Source of the DNA: Gemmatimonadota bacterium
GTDB lineage: Bacteria > Gemmatimonadota > Gemmatimonadetes > Palauibacterales > KS3-K002
Assembly: GCA_039586795.1 (NCBI GenBank)
Contig: JBDHJS010000032.1
Location: forward strand, 13,566 to 77,565
Reading direction: 5' to 3'
DNA length: 64,000 bases
Shown here piece by piece: positions 7,546-17,358 of the stretch; the stretch's first letter is position 1, and each line of letters starts with the position of its first letter. A program made the position numbers and the translations under genes. A model generated the notes under the pieces. It worked only from the letters and a program-made list of their open reading frames with translations, ran no database searches and was not told the origin of the DNA.

Positions 7546-8667
7546 ATGATAGCCGCCAGAATAGCCCCCTCTGTGGTCGTAGCCCCCACGGCCTTCAAAG
7601 GGACGATTGGACCGTCCGAGGTGGCCCGCGCGATTGCCGCGGGTGTCCAGGATGTCTGGCCGGGCGCTGACGTCGTCTTGCGCCCGCTGTCCGATGGCGG
7701 AAACGGGTTGCTCGAGGCCTGCTTGGCAGTCGGTGGCGGTGATATCGAAGAGCATCATGTGACCGGGCCGCTGGGAGAGCGTGTCCGCGCCCGCATCCTG
7801 CGACTGGGCTCGGAGGCCGTGATCGAATCGGCTGAGGCTTGTGGGCTCCATCTGGTACCACCTAATCAACGTGACCCGTTGCGTGCCACCACGCACGGTG
7901 TGGGTGAGTTGCTTTCGCGAGCTGTGACGGGTGGCGCCGATCGGGTTGTGCTTGGACTCGGGGGCAGCGGTACGGTGGATGGCGGGACCGGCATGGCTGA
8001 AGCGATTGGCTGGCGCTTCTTCGCCGAGTCGGGCGAAGAGCTTCCGGCGGGAGGCGGCTCGCTTGTGGGGCTCGCGAGACTCGAGCCGCCGGACCAGCCG
8101 CTCACGGCGCGAGTCGTGGCGCTCTGCGATGTGAGAAATCCGCTTGTCGGGGAGTTGGGGGCGGCTCGGGTATACGGTCCACAGAAAGGCGCCGGGCCAG
8201 ATGATATAATCAGGCTGGATCGGGGTCTTTCGCTATTGGCGGACGTAATCCAGAGCCAGTTGAATATGGCGGTGGCCGAGCTTCCTGGCGCGGGTGCGGC
8301 GGGCGGTCTTGGTGCCGGTGCGCACGCATTTTTGGGCGCGGACCTCGTGTCGGGAGCGGACTGGATGCTGGAGCGTGCTGGCGTGGGTCAACTACTGGCC
8401 AGCGCCGACCTCGTCATCACGGCCGAAGGGCGCTACGATGCGCAGAGCGGAATGGGAAAACTGACAGGCAAGGTACTGGAAAAGGCGGGTCAGGTTGGAG
8501 TTCAGGCGCTTCTGGTCAGCGGCCGCGTTGACGGGCCCTTACCACACGGTGTCGAATCGGTTGATGGTACGGGCCGGCAGTTAGCGGCCGAAGAGATCAC
8601 CGAACTCACCGCGGTGGGTTGCCGGGCCCTCGCTGGTCGAGGTAGACTAGCAGATTCGGGGACATGA
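7546..8667 (+). CDS. glxK: Glycerate kinase (GlxK/GarK family)
   Basis: APTAFKGT, PLSDGGNG, GLGGSGTVDGGTG, YGPQKGA and GAGAAGGLG motifs. Confidence 0.92.
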   Translation: MIAARIAPSVVVAPTAFKGTIGPSEVARAIAAGVQDVWPGADVVLRPLSDGGNGLLEACLAVGGGDIEEHHVTGPLGERVRARILRLGSEAVIESAEACGLHLVPPNQRDPLRATTHGVGELLSRAVTGGADRVVLGLGGSGTVDGGTGMAEAIGWRFFAESGEELPAGGGSLVGLARLEPPDQPLTARVVALCDVRNPLVGELGAARVYGPQKGAGPDDIIRLDRGLSLLADVIQSQLNMAVAELPGAGAAGGLGAGAHAFLGADLVSGADWMLERAGVGQLLASADLVITAEGRYDAQSGMGKLTGKVLEKAGQVGVQALLVSGRVDGPLPHGVESVDGTGRQLAAEEITELTAVGCRALAGRGRLADSGT

Positions 8668-8699
8668 CAATCTGGCTAAACGCGAACGGAATTGGATAG

Positions 8700-10010
8700 A
8701 TGGCAACTACTGACGTGATGGAGAAGATCGTCTCGCTGTGCAAGCGACGCGGCTTCGTGTTTCAGTCTTCTGAAGTCTACGGCGGACTCGGCTCCGTGTG
8801 GGATTACGGCCCTTTGGGCGTCGAGCTGAAGCGTAACGTGAAGGATCGCTGGTGGCGCGACATGGTGACGGCGCGCGCGGATATCGAGGGTCTCGACGCG
8901 GGGATCCTCATGCATCCGGACGTCTGGGTGGCCAGCGGGCACGTGGAGGGATTCACTGACCCGCTCATCGAGTGCAAGAACTGCCATCGCCGGTTCCGAG
9001 AGGACTTTGTGGAGGGGGACCAGTGTCCGGTATGCGGCACCAAGGGTGAATTCACAGCGCCCCGCATGTTCAACCTGATGTTCAAGACGTTCATGGGCCC
9101 GGTTGAAGATGAGGCGGCGCAGATCTACTTGCGTCCTGAAACCGCGCAAGGGATCTATGTGAACTTCCTGAACGTGCAGAACTCGGCCCGTCAGAAGGTT
9201 CCGTTCGGTATCGCGCAGATCGGTAAGGCTTTCCGCAATGAGATAACGCCGGGAAACTTCATCTTTCGGACGCGTGAATTCGAACAGATGGAGATGCAGT
9301 TCTTCGTGAAACCGGGCACCGATACCGAGTGGTTCGACTACTGGCGGAATGAACGACTCGAATGGGTGAAGTCGTTGGGGATCACGCCCGAAAAGCTGCG
9401 CATGGAACAGCACACCCGTGAAGAACTCGCGCATTACGCGTACGATGCTTACGACATTCAATACGAGTTTGCTTTCGGCTGGCAGGAATTCGAAGGGATC
9501 CATAACCGAACAGATTTCGACCTTAGCGCGCACCAGAACCGCTCGGGCAAGAAACTCGAGTACTTCGATCAGGCGGCCAACGAGCGCTACGTGCCCTACA
9601 TCATCGAAACGTCCGGTGGCGTGGATCGACTGATGCTCGTGCTGCTGGCCGACGCCTATCGCGAGGAGGAAGTGGAAGGCGAAACACGCGTGCTGCTCAG
9701 CCTGCAGCCGAAGCTCGCTCCGATTAAGGCCGCCATCTTTCCGCTGGTCAAGAAGGATGGGATGCCCGAAGTGGGCCGCAAGATCTTCGATAACCTGCGT
9801 GGACGGTTTCCGACGTTTTATGACGAAACCGGGTCGATCGGTCGCCGGTATCGACGCCAGGACGAGGCGGGCACGCCGTACTGCATAACGATCGACGGAC
9901 AGACGCTCGAGGATGATACGGTGACCGTGCGCGATCGTGATACGCTCGCCCAGGAGCGCGTGGCGACTGGAAAGCTCTCGGAGTACCTGACGTCGAAGTT
10001 GAGCGAGTGA
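8700..10010 (+). CDS. glyQS: Glycine--tRNA ligase, alpha2 type
   Basis: LRPETAQGIY, FRNEITPGNFIFRTREFEQME and GSIGRRYRRQDEAGTP. Confidence 0.97.
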   Translation: MATTDVMEKIVSLCKRRGFVFQSSEVYGGLGSVWDYGPLGVELKRNVKDRWWRDMVTARADIEGLDAGILMHPDVWVASGHVEGFTDPLIECKNCHRRFREDFVEGDQCPVCGTKGEFTAPRMFNLMFKTFMGPVEDEAAQIYLRPETAQGIYVNFLNVQNSARQKVPFGIAQIGKAFRNEITPGNFIFRTREFEQMEMQFFVKPGTDTEWFDYWRNERLEWVKSLGITPEKLRMEQHTREELAHYAYDAYDIQYEFAFGWQEFEGIHNRTDFDLSAHQNRSGKKLEYFDQAANERYVPYIIETSGGVDRLMLVLLADAYREEEVEGETRVLLSLQPKLAPIKAAIFPLVKKDGMPEVGRKIFDNLRGRFPTFYDETGSIGRRYRRQDEAGTPYCITIDGQTLEDDTVTVRDRDTLAQERVATGKLSEYLTSKLSE

Positions 10011-10017
10011 TCCCCTG

Positions 10018-10986
10018 GTGCTAGGCCGCTTGATCGCACTCGGGGCTGGCGCCCTCGCCGGCGCTTACCTGGTGAACCGCCACCAGAGGAACCTCGCCAC
10101 CGAGCCTCGCTCGCTGCGAGACGAGTCCGGACGCTCCCTCGAACCGTCGCTTGTCGAATTGGAAGGCGGCGAGTGTGTACCGGTCATCGATGTTGGGGAG
10201 GGACCGGCGGTCGTTTTGATCCCGGGACTGAACGGCGACAGCCAGGTCTTTCGTCATCAGATCCCCGTCTTCGCCCGGACTCACAGGGTCATCGCGCCGA
10301 ATCTGAGGGTGGACTTCGACGGCGTGGCGCGGGACTTCGATCAGTTTGCGACTGATGTGGCTACGGTTCTGGATGCGCTGGGGGTACGGTCGGCGACACT
10401 GCTCGGTCTTTCCTTCGGTGGGCCGATCTGCATGCGTTGCGCGACGCTATACCCTGATCGCGTTGACGCATTGGTGCTCACCAACACGTTGGCCAAGCTG
10501 GACCTGTCTCACGTCGGCCTCAATCGCACGCTGCTCATTCCAGTAGCGCGTTGGACCTCTCGCTACCTACCGGTACCGGTGATGCGGAGGATGTCAGAGA
10601 TCTGGGGTAAGTGGGGGGTCTGGGTATACGACCCTTCACCCGGGAACGATCGCATCATCGACTACGAACTGGAAGTGCCCGTCCGCGTTCCGATGTCGGA
10701 GGGCGGTGTTCGACTGGATACGTTCAAAGACCGTGACCTTCGTCCGGACCTCCCCGGCGTCGATCAGCCGGCGCTCATCATCGCCGGCGCTTCCGACACC
10801 TACACTCCAAATGCGTGGCAGCGTGAGATCGCCGATCTGATACCGAACGCGACCTATCACGAGATCCCGTACGGTGGCCATCTATCGCTTATCTCTCATG
10901 CCGAAGAGTTCAATGAGGTCGTGCTGGACTGGTTGGCGACCGCAGTAGGGGGTCGTGCCCAGGGGCAGCGCACCGAAACTGCTTGA
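10018..10986 (+). CDS. Alpha/beta hydrolase with N-terminal anchor
   Basis: GLSFGG nucleophile elbow, GASD acid and GGH catalytic His. Confidence 0.88.
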   Translation: MLGRLIALGAGALAGAYLVNRHQRNLATEPRSLRDESGRSLEPSLVELEGGECVPVIDVGEGPAVVLIPGLNGDSQVFRHQIPVFARTHRVIAPNLRVDFDGVARDFDQFATDVATVLDALGVRSATLLGLSFGGPICMRCATLYPDRVDALVLTNTLAKLDLSHVGLNRTLLIPVARWTSRYLPVPVMRRMSEIWGKWGVWVYDPSPGNDRIIDYELEVPVRVPMSEGGVRLDTFKDRDLRPDLPGVDQPALIIAGASDTYTPNAWQREIADLIPNATYHEIPYGGHLSLISHAEEFNEVVLDWLATAVGGRAQGQRTETA

Positions 10987-10996
10987 GGACCTGAGA

Positions 10997-12463
10997 TTGG
11001 CTTCACGTTCCGAAGTCTTCACGAGCCGTTGGGGAATGATGTTAGCCATGCTCGGCATGGCGGTGGGGACCGGCAATATCTGGCGTTTCCCACGGATCGT
11101 TGCTTCCAATGGAGGCGGCAGCTTCCTCGTCGCTTGGGTGGTGTTCCTGCTCTTGTGGTCCATTCCGCTGATCATCGTCGAGTTCGCCATCGGAAAAGCG
11201 ACTCGTTCGGGTACCGTAGGCGCGTTCGGCAAGCTGATTGGAAAGAAGTTCGCCTGGATGGGTACCTGGGTCGGCTGGTGTGCGACGGCGATCATGTTCT
11301 ACTACAGCGTCGTCATGGGGTGGTGTATTCGACACTTTGCTGCCGCGATTACGGGCGAGATCCCCGGCGCAACGCCGGAGGCGTTCTGGAACGGCTTCAA
11401 TAGCTCGGCTGGTGCTTTGCTGACCCACGCCATCGCGATGGGCCTGGGTCTCATCGTCGTCGCGCGCGGCGTTAGGGGGATCGAGAAGGTAGCCAGAATA
11501 CTCATCCCCAGCCTCGTCGTGCTCGTCGTTGTGCTCGCAGTGCGTGCGATAACGCTGCCGGGTGCGGCGGCCGGCCTGAACTTCCTCTTCACACCTAATT
11601 GGGCTCAGCTGGCGGACTACAGGGTGTGGCTGGAGGCGCTGACCCAGAATGCTTGGGACACCGGCGCCGGATGGGGCCTTATACTGACCTACGCCATCTA
11701 CATGCGTCGGAATGAGGACACGACGCTGAACGCCTTCGCCCTCGGCTTTGGCAACAACTCGATGTCGCTGCTGGCAGGTATCATGGTGTTGTGCACGGCC
11801 TTCGCTCTGCAGCCGGACATCGCCACGCATATCATGGGACAGGGGAACGAGGGGCTGACCTTCATCTGGATGCCACAGCTGTTCGCGCAGATGCCGGCGG
11901 GTCGCTTCTTCATGGCTTTCTTCTTCCTCGCGCTGGTGTTTGCCGCGTGGACGAGCCTCATATCGATGATCGAACTGGCGACCCGTGTGCTGGTCGATGC
12001 CGGTATCCAGCGGAGCCGAGCTATCTGGTGGGTCGGAGGCGTGGGTTTCCTCGCCGGTGCACCCGCCGCGCTCTCCATCGGCTTCTTCCATAACCAGGAC
12101 TTCGTGTGGAGTGTCGGGCTGATGCTCTCCGGCTTCTTCTTCGCTTTCGCGGTCCTGAAGTTTGGTGTTCGCAAGTTCCGCATGCAGTTCGTTAACCAGG
12201 CGGGCTCGGACATCAAGGTGGGCCGCTGGTGGGAGTGGGCGATCGTTCTCGTTCTCATCGAGTCAGTAGCGCTGATGGTCTGGTGGTTCTATCAGGCGGG
12301 GGCCGATGGCTGGAGGAAGGCGCTGGATCCTGTAAGCGACTTCAGCATCGGCACGGTGCTGCTCCAATTTGGAATAGTACTGATCGCGTTCTTGTTGCTG
12401 AATCCGTGGCTGGCCAAACGCTCCGGCGTGACCGAACAGCCGGCGCTGGAGGAAGAGGCCTAG
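10997..12463 (+). CDS. Sodium-dependent amino-acid transporter, NSS/SNF family
   Basis: GMAVGTGNIWRFP, NGGGSF, GLTFIWMP and FAAWTSLIS with about 12 TM segments; TTG start after GAGGA. Confidence 0.93.
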   Translation: MASRSEVFTSRWGMMLAMLGMAVGTGNIWRFPRIVASNGGGSFLVAWVVFLLLWSIPLIIVEFAIGKATRSGTVGAFGKLIGKKFAWMGTWVGWCATAIMFYYSVVMGWCIRHFAAAITGEIPGATPEAFWNGFNSSAGALLTHAIAMGLGLIVVARGVRGIEKVARILIPSLVVLVVVLAVRAITLPGAAAGLNFLFTPNWAQLADYRVWLEALTQNAWDTGAGWGLILTYAIYMRRNEDTTLNAFALGFGNNSMSLLAGIMVLCTAFALQPDIATHIMGQGNEGLTFIWMPQLFAQMPAGRFFMAFFFLALVFAAWTSLISMIELATRVLVDAGIQRSRAIWWVGGVGFLAGAPAALSIGFFHNQDFVWSVGLMLSGFFFAFAVLKFGVRKFRMQFVNQAGSDIKVGRWWEWAIVLVLIESVALMVWWFYQAGADGWRKALDPVSDFSIGTVLLQFGIVLIAFLLLNPWLAKRSGVTEQPALEEEA

Positions 12464-12501
12464 CGACCGCGAGGTAGCTGCGACGGCAATCACCTCTGCC
12501 G

Positions 12502-13281
12502 ATGACACGAGACGCGAGCACAGGGCGGTCGACGCCCTACGAGATGGTTTTTGCCGGTGGCCTGGCCGATCAACACTTCGCCTCGATCTCGGAAGAGACG
12601 GTGGGTGGCGCGAAGCAGCGCGATGTGTTCGCACGGCTTGAGAGCGTTGCGGCGCTGGTTCAACAGTTGGTGCCGGATGATGCTGACGCCGCAGCGTTTG
12701 ACCGCTCACTCGACCTGATCTTCCATTGCTACCATTTCTGGAAAGCTGGCTGCCCCCTGTATGCCCTCGAGGACGGTGCAGTTCGTGATCTGATCGATAA
12801 CCCGCCGGAGCTGTCGGCCTGGACGCCGACACCGCCTCACGCGAGTCTGTACCTGGAGCTTCCCCAGAATCTGTTGTGGGCGGCCGTGACAGAGGGGGAT
12901 ATTCCGGAGCCGGTTGAGGGGCTGTTCCTGAGGATCGAGGAGGGCCAGGCCGTCTCCATCCTGCTTGTCTTGGGGATGCGCCTGGATCGGCCGGGCTTCA
13001 GCGTGTCCGGGATCGAAGCGCAGGTGAGCGATGCCACTGACACGGACGAGCCGGGGGCCTTCCGCTCTGACATCCCGGGCGCCGATCTGGCCGGGCTATA
13101 TTCTCTGCAGCGTCCCCTGGAAGCTCTGTTGCTAGCGCTGCGTGTTCTATGGTACGTCGAAAGTTATCCCGAGGCCGCGGAGTCGGTCCGCGTCGATATT
13201 GAGGCGACGTCAGAGAGCAACGGTGGATTGACGAACCTGGATCATCACATCGTGCGTCTCGTCGAACGGAGTCGCGAATGA
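12502..13281 (+). CDS. Hypothetical protein
   Basis: 259-aa ORF with an ATGA overlap onto the next gene; no family recognised. Confidence 0.75.
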   Translation: MTRDASTGRSTPYEMVFAGGLADQHFASISEETVGGAKQRDVFARLESVAALVQQLVPDDADAAAFDRSLDLIFHCYHFWKAGCPLYALEDGAVRDLIDNPPELSAWTPTPPHASLYLELPQNLLWAAVTEGDIPEPVEGLFLRIEEGQAVSILLVLGMRLDRPGFSVSGIEAQVSDATDTDEPGAFRSDIPGADLAGLYSLQRPLEALLLALRVLWYVESYPEAAESVRVDIEATSESNGGLTNLDHHIVRLVERSRE

Positions 13282-14399
13282 ACGGAATCCGAATCTGCTC
13301 CTTCTTCGGTTTCGAAGTCCGCCTCGATCTATCCTGGTTTGTCGTCTTCTTTCTAATCCTCTGGACGTTTGCCAAGTCAGAGTTTCCCCGAATCATGCCA
13401 GGCTTGTCGGCTCTGGAATACGTCATCATGGCGTGGTCTGGAGCGGTGCTCTTCTTTGGGTCCGTGCTTCTTCACGAGCTGGCTCACTCTGCGGTCGCTC
13501 GGGCGCGACGCATTCCTGTAGAGGGCATCACGCTATTCGTCTTCGGCGGCATGCAACGGATTCGCTCGGACGCTGGAAGCCCCAGAGACGAGTTCATGAT
13601 CACCGCCGTCGGGCCGCTGACCAGCGGCGCGCTTGCGGCGGCCTTCTATGGAGTTGCCAGGGTTGGCCAAGCGCTTGGAGCCTCGGTGGCGGTTACCGGG
13701 GTCGCGGACTACCTGGCGTTCGTCAATCTGATTCTCGCCGTTCTTAACCTAATCCCGGGGTTTCCCCTCGATGGGGGACGACTGTTTCGGTCCATCGTCT
13801 GGCATGTATCGAAAGACCTAAGAAGAGCGACGCGTTGGGCCGCCTACAGCGGAAGGGCGTTTGGGCTGCTGATGATCGGCTTCGGTGCCTTGAACATGTT
13901 CCGCGGCTTCATCCTCGCCGGCATGTGGTTGGTGTTTATCGGTTTGTTCCTGACGCAGGCGGCGGAGGCGGGGTACCGGCAGCTGTTGATGCGACGGATT
14001 CTGGAAGGCGTACAGGTTAGCGAGGCGATGAGTCGTAGCCCGGAGACAGTGGCCCCTGACCTCACACTGAGGGATCTGGTTGACAACTACTTTCTGAAGC
14101 GGCGATACAACGCGTTCCCGGTTGAAGGTGAAGATGGCATGACGCTTGGAATAATCACACTGGCCCAGGTGAAAGACATCGAGCGAGATCTGTGGCCAAC
14201 GACAGAGGTCACAGAGGTGATGATGCCGGTGTGTGACGCCGTCAGGGTGCGTCCCGGCGATTCGTTGGCCGAAGTGTTGACCAAGCTCGAGCGTGAAGGA
14301 GTGGGGCGCGCACTGGTGATCGATCGAGGACACCTCGAGGGAGTCATAACCCGGGCGGACGTGGCGCAGTGGCTCGATCGCTATCAGCAACTTCACTAG
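13278..14399 (+). CDS. Site-2 protease (M50) with tandem CBS domains
   Basis: HELAH zinc motif, NLIPGFPLDGG and a C-terminal CBS pair. Confidence 0.94.
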   Translation: MNGIRICSFFGFEVRLDLSWFVVFFLILWTFAKSEFPRIMPGLSALEYVIMAWSGAVLFFGSVLLHELAHSAVARARRIPVEGITLFVFGGMQRIRSDAGSPRDEFMITAVGPLTSGALAAAFYGVARVGQALGASVAVTGVADYLAFVNLILAVLNLIPGFPLDGGRLFRSIVWHVSKDLRRATRWAAYSGRAFGLLMIGFGALNMFRGFILAGMWLVFIGLFLTQAAEAGYRQLLMRRILEGVQVSEAMSRSPETVAPDLTLRDLVDNYFLKRRYNAFPVEGEDGMTLGIITLAQVKDIERDLWPTTEVTEVMMPVCDAVRVRPGDSLAEVLTKLEREGVGRALVIDRGHLEGVITRADVAQWLDRYQQLH

Positions 14400-14441
14400 T
14401 CGCTGTCAAAGCCATCGCATTCAGGGAGAGATTTAGAGACC

Positions 14442-15131
14442 TTGACCGCCGGTAAGAAACGGAAAAAGGGTACACCGGGGAAGCGAAGAGAATCGGAGTC
14501 GGCGAAACGCGATCGTGCCCTGCGTATCGTCGGGCGACTCTCTGAAGCCTACCCGGCGCGCATCGAGCTCGATTTCGAGACGCCGCTTGAGCTGGCCGTG
14601 GCCACGATTCTCAGCGCCCAGTGCACCGACGCGCGAGTCAACGAGGTGACCGCCACGCTTTTCAAGAAGTACCGTACCGCAGAAGACTACGCGAACGCCG
14701 ATCCCGAGGTCCTCCAGGAAGAGATCCGATCAACCGGCTTCTTTCGGAATAAGACGAAGTCGATCATCTCTCTTGCTCAAGCACTGGTCGATGTGCATGA
14801 CGGCGTCGTACCTGATACTATGGACGCGCTCGTGAAGCTTGCGGGAATTGGGCGCAAAACGGCCAACGTCATCCTGGGATCCGGGTTCGGGATCAACGAA
14901 GGCGTCGTCGTCGATACGCACGTCAAGCGCCTGTCGAATCGGCTGGATCTGACCGGGCAGGACGATCCAGTGAAGATCGAGCGCGATCTCATGGAGCTGG
15001 TTCCCCAAGAGGAGTGGAATCGTTTTGGCCTCCGCATGGTCCTGCATGGTCGCTATACGTGTCTGGCGCGGAAGCCGAAATGCGACGAGTGCCCGGTGGA
15101 AGATCTCTGCCCGAGCGCCGGCCAATTCTGA
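14442..15131 (+). CDS. nth: Endonuclease III
   Basis: LSAQCTD, HhH LAGIGRKTANV, VDTHV and the C-x6-C-x2-C-x5-C 4Fe-4S motif. Confidence 0.96.
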   Translation: MTAGKKRKKGTPGKRRESESAKRDRALRIVGRLSEAYPARIELDFETPLELAVATILSAQCTDARVNEVTATLFKKYRTAEDYANADPEVLQEEIRSTGFFRNKTKSIISLAQALVDVHDGVVPDTMDALVKLAGIGRKTANVILGSGFGINEGVVVDTHVKRLSNRLDLTGQDDPVKIERDLMELVPQEEWNRFGLRMVLHGRYTCLARKPKCDECPVEDLCPSAGQF

Positions 15132-15190
15132 GAACTAAATGTGAATAAGCGGAAGTCTCGACGTGTAACGATATGTACAGGAGTGACGAG

Positions 15191-15778
15191 ATGGAGCTGA
15201 AACGCGACGAAGCCCTCGCGCTGATGCACGAATACACCCAGAATGAGAACCTGCGGCGCCACATGTACGCCGTCGAGGCGGCGATGCGCGCTTACGCCAG
15301 CAAGTTCGGCGAGGACGAAGAGCTGTGGGGCATCACGGGCCTGCTGCACGATTTCGACTACGAGCGCTGGCCGAATGACGACCGCAAGCCGGACGACGAG
15401 CACCCCAGCAACGGCGTCCGGATCATGAGGGAAGCCGGCTATCCCGAGGTCATGCTGGAGGCTATTCTCGGGCATTGCGATTACACCGGCGTAGCCCGCG
15501 AGACCCTCATGGCGAAGACGTTGTTCGCTGTCGACGAGCTCACGGGGTTTCTCACCGCCTGCGCATTGGTTCGCCCCACCGGACTTGCCGGTCTCAAGGT
15601 GAAGTCCGTGAAGAAGAAGCTGAAGGATCCGAGCTTTGCGCGCGGTGTGGACCGTGAGGACTTGCAGAAGGGCGCAGAGGGCTTGGGAGTCGATTTTTCC
15701 GAGCACGTGCAGCTGGTGATCGATGCGATGGGCGAAATCCAGGGCGAACTAGGCCTCGCCGGCGACGAAAACGGTTAG
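15191..15778 (+). CDS. HDIG/HD-domain metal-dependent phosphohydrolase
   Basis: RRHMYAVEAAM, GLLHDFDYE, AILGH and VDELTG. Confidence 0.9.
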   Translation: MELKRDEALALMHEYTQNENLRRHMYAVEAAMRAYASKFGEDEELWGITGLLHDFDYERWPNDDRKPDDEHPSNGVRIMREAGYPEVMLEAILGHCDYTGVARETLMAKTLFAVDELTGFLTACALVRPTGLAGLKVKSVKKKLKDPSFARGVDREDLQKGAEGLGVDFSEHVQLVIDAMGEIQGELGLAGDENG

Positions 15779-15796
15779 AAGAAGGCCGTGTGAAAG

Positions 15797-17182
15797 ATGA
15801 GTATCAGGACGATCATTGAACCCTTCAGGATCAAAGCGGTCGAGCCGATCCGAATGACGACCCGCGAGGAGCGCGAGGCGAAGATTCGTGCTGCGCACTA
15901 CAACGTGTTTCTCCTGAGGGCAGAAGACGTTCTTATCGACCTGTTGACCGACAGCGGCACCGGGGCGATGAGTTCCAGCCAGTGGGCTGCGGTGATGCGT
16001 GGCGACGAGTCCTATGCGGGCAGTCCGTCGTACTACCGTTTCGAAGAAGCGGTTCGTCGCTGCTTTCCATTCGAGCACATCATACCGACGCATCAAGGGC
16101 GAGCCGCGGAACGCATCCTCTTCAACGTGACATGTGGGCCCGGGCAGATCGTCCCTAACAACACGCATTTTGATACGACGCGTGCCAACGTCGAGTATAG
16201 GGGTGCGGTCGCGTTGGACCTCCCGTGCGTCGAATCGCGTGAAGTGGCGGAAGCGCATCCGTTCAAGGGTAACATGGATGTGGACGCCCTAAAGGACCTG
16301 CTCGAGAAAGAAGGTCCCGCGAAGATCCCACTTGTCATGCTGACCATCACGAACAATTCGGGCGGCGGCCAGCCGGTATCTATGGCGAACGTGAAAGCCG
16401 TGTCCGAAGTCTGCCGCTCTTTCGGGATACCGCTTTATATCGACGCTTGCCGCTTCGCCGAGAACGCCTACTTCATTAAACTCCGTGAAGACGGTTATGC
16501 CGATCGATCGGTCGCCGAGATCGCCCACGAACTGATGTCACAGGCGGATGGCTGCACGATGTCGGCGAAAAAGGATGGTCTGGCCAATATCGGTGGATTC
16601 CTGGCGACCAACGACGCGGAATTGGCGAGACAAGAGAAGGATTTGCTCATTCTTACGGAAGGGTACCCGACGTACGGGGGGCTGGCCGGCCGGGACCTGG
16701 ACGCAATTGCCGTTGGGCTCGACGAGGTGGTGCACGAAGATTACCTGCAGTACAGGATCGCGTCGACGGATTATCTTGGCAGGCATATCTCGGCGGAAGG
16801 TGTGCCAATCGTACAACCTCCCGGCGGACACGCGATCTATGTCGATGCTGCTGCCTTCTTGCCCAATATCAAACCTCTCGAGTATCCGGGAATCGCACTG
16901 GCCGTGGAATTCTATGTCGAGGCGGGAATCCGCGGGGTGGAGATCGGTAGTCTGATGTTTGGGCACAAAGACCCGGAGACAGGTGCCAGCTTACCGGCGG
17001 ACAAGGAGCTGCTGCGGTTGGCGATCCCGCGCCGCGTGTACACGCAGAGTCATGTCGATTATGCCGTGGAAGCGATTCTTGAGGTCTGGAAGCGGCGCGA
17101 AGAGATCAGCGGGTACAGGACGACCTACGAGGCGCCGTTCCTCAGACACTTCACGGCGCGGTTCGAGCCTCTAAACAAGTAG
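15797..17182 (+). CDS. tnaA: Tryptophanase (beta-eliminating lyase; tyrosine phenol-lyase not fully excluded)
   Basis: EPFRIKAVE, DLLTDSGT, HQGRAAE, MSAKKD PLP lysine and LRHFTARF. Confidence 0.88.
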   Translation: MSIRTIIEPFRIKAVEPIRMTTREEREAKIRAAHYNVFLLRAEDVLIDLLTDSGTGAMSSSQWAAVMRGDESYAGSPSYYRFEEAVRRCFPFEHIIPTHQGRAAERILFNVTCGPGQIVPNNTHFDTTRANVEYRGAVALDLPCVESREVAEAHPFKGNMDVDALKDLLEKEGPAKIPLVMLTITNNSGGGQPVSMANVKAVSEVCRSFGIPLYIDACRFAENAYFIKLREDGYADRSVAEIAHELMSQADGCTMSAKKDGLANIGGFLATNDAELARQEKDLLILTEGYPTYGGLAGRDLDAIAVGLDEVVHEDYLQYRIASTDYLGRHISAEGVPIVQPPGGHAIYVDAAAFLPNIKPLEYPGIALAVEFYVEAGIRGVEIGSLMFGHKDPETGASLPADKELLRLAIPRRVYTQSHVDYAVEAILEVWKRREEISGYRTTYEAPFLRHFTARFEPLNK

Positions 17183-17211
17183 CGGACGCTCTTCGCTAGA
17201 GAGGATATTCT

Positions 17212-17346
17212 GTGAACACATCAGCGATCGTAGCCATGACGCTCACGTGCGGTTTCGTATGGGGCGGATTCCTGGTGCTCCTCGGCTATGCGATTCATCG
17301 CGAGAAAGAGAAGAGAGCGAACGATCTGAAAACCACCAGCAACTAG
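17212..17346 (+). CDS. 44-aa single-TM protein, MetS-like NSS transporter small subunit (absent from the ORF track)
   Basis: GTG start after AGAGGA; MNTSAIVAMTLTCGFVWGGFLVLLGYAIHREKEKRANDLKTTSN* carries the SAI...WGG pattern and a basic tail. Confidence 0.8.
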   Translation: MNTSAIVAMTLTCGFVWGGFLVLLGYAIHREKEKRANDLKTTSN

Positions 17347-17358
17347 AGAGGTGATATC

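Noticed and set aside
15779..15796. TnaC-like leader peptide for tnaA
   Set aside because: Only 18 nt separate tnaA from the upstream HD gene, leaving no room.
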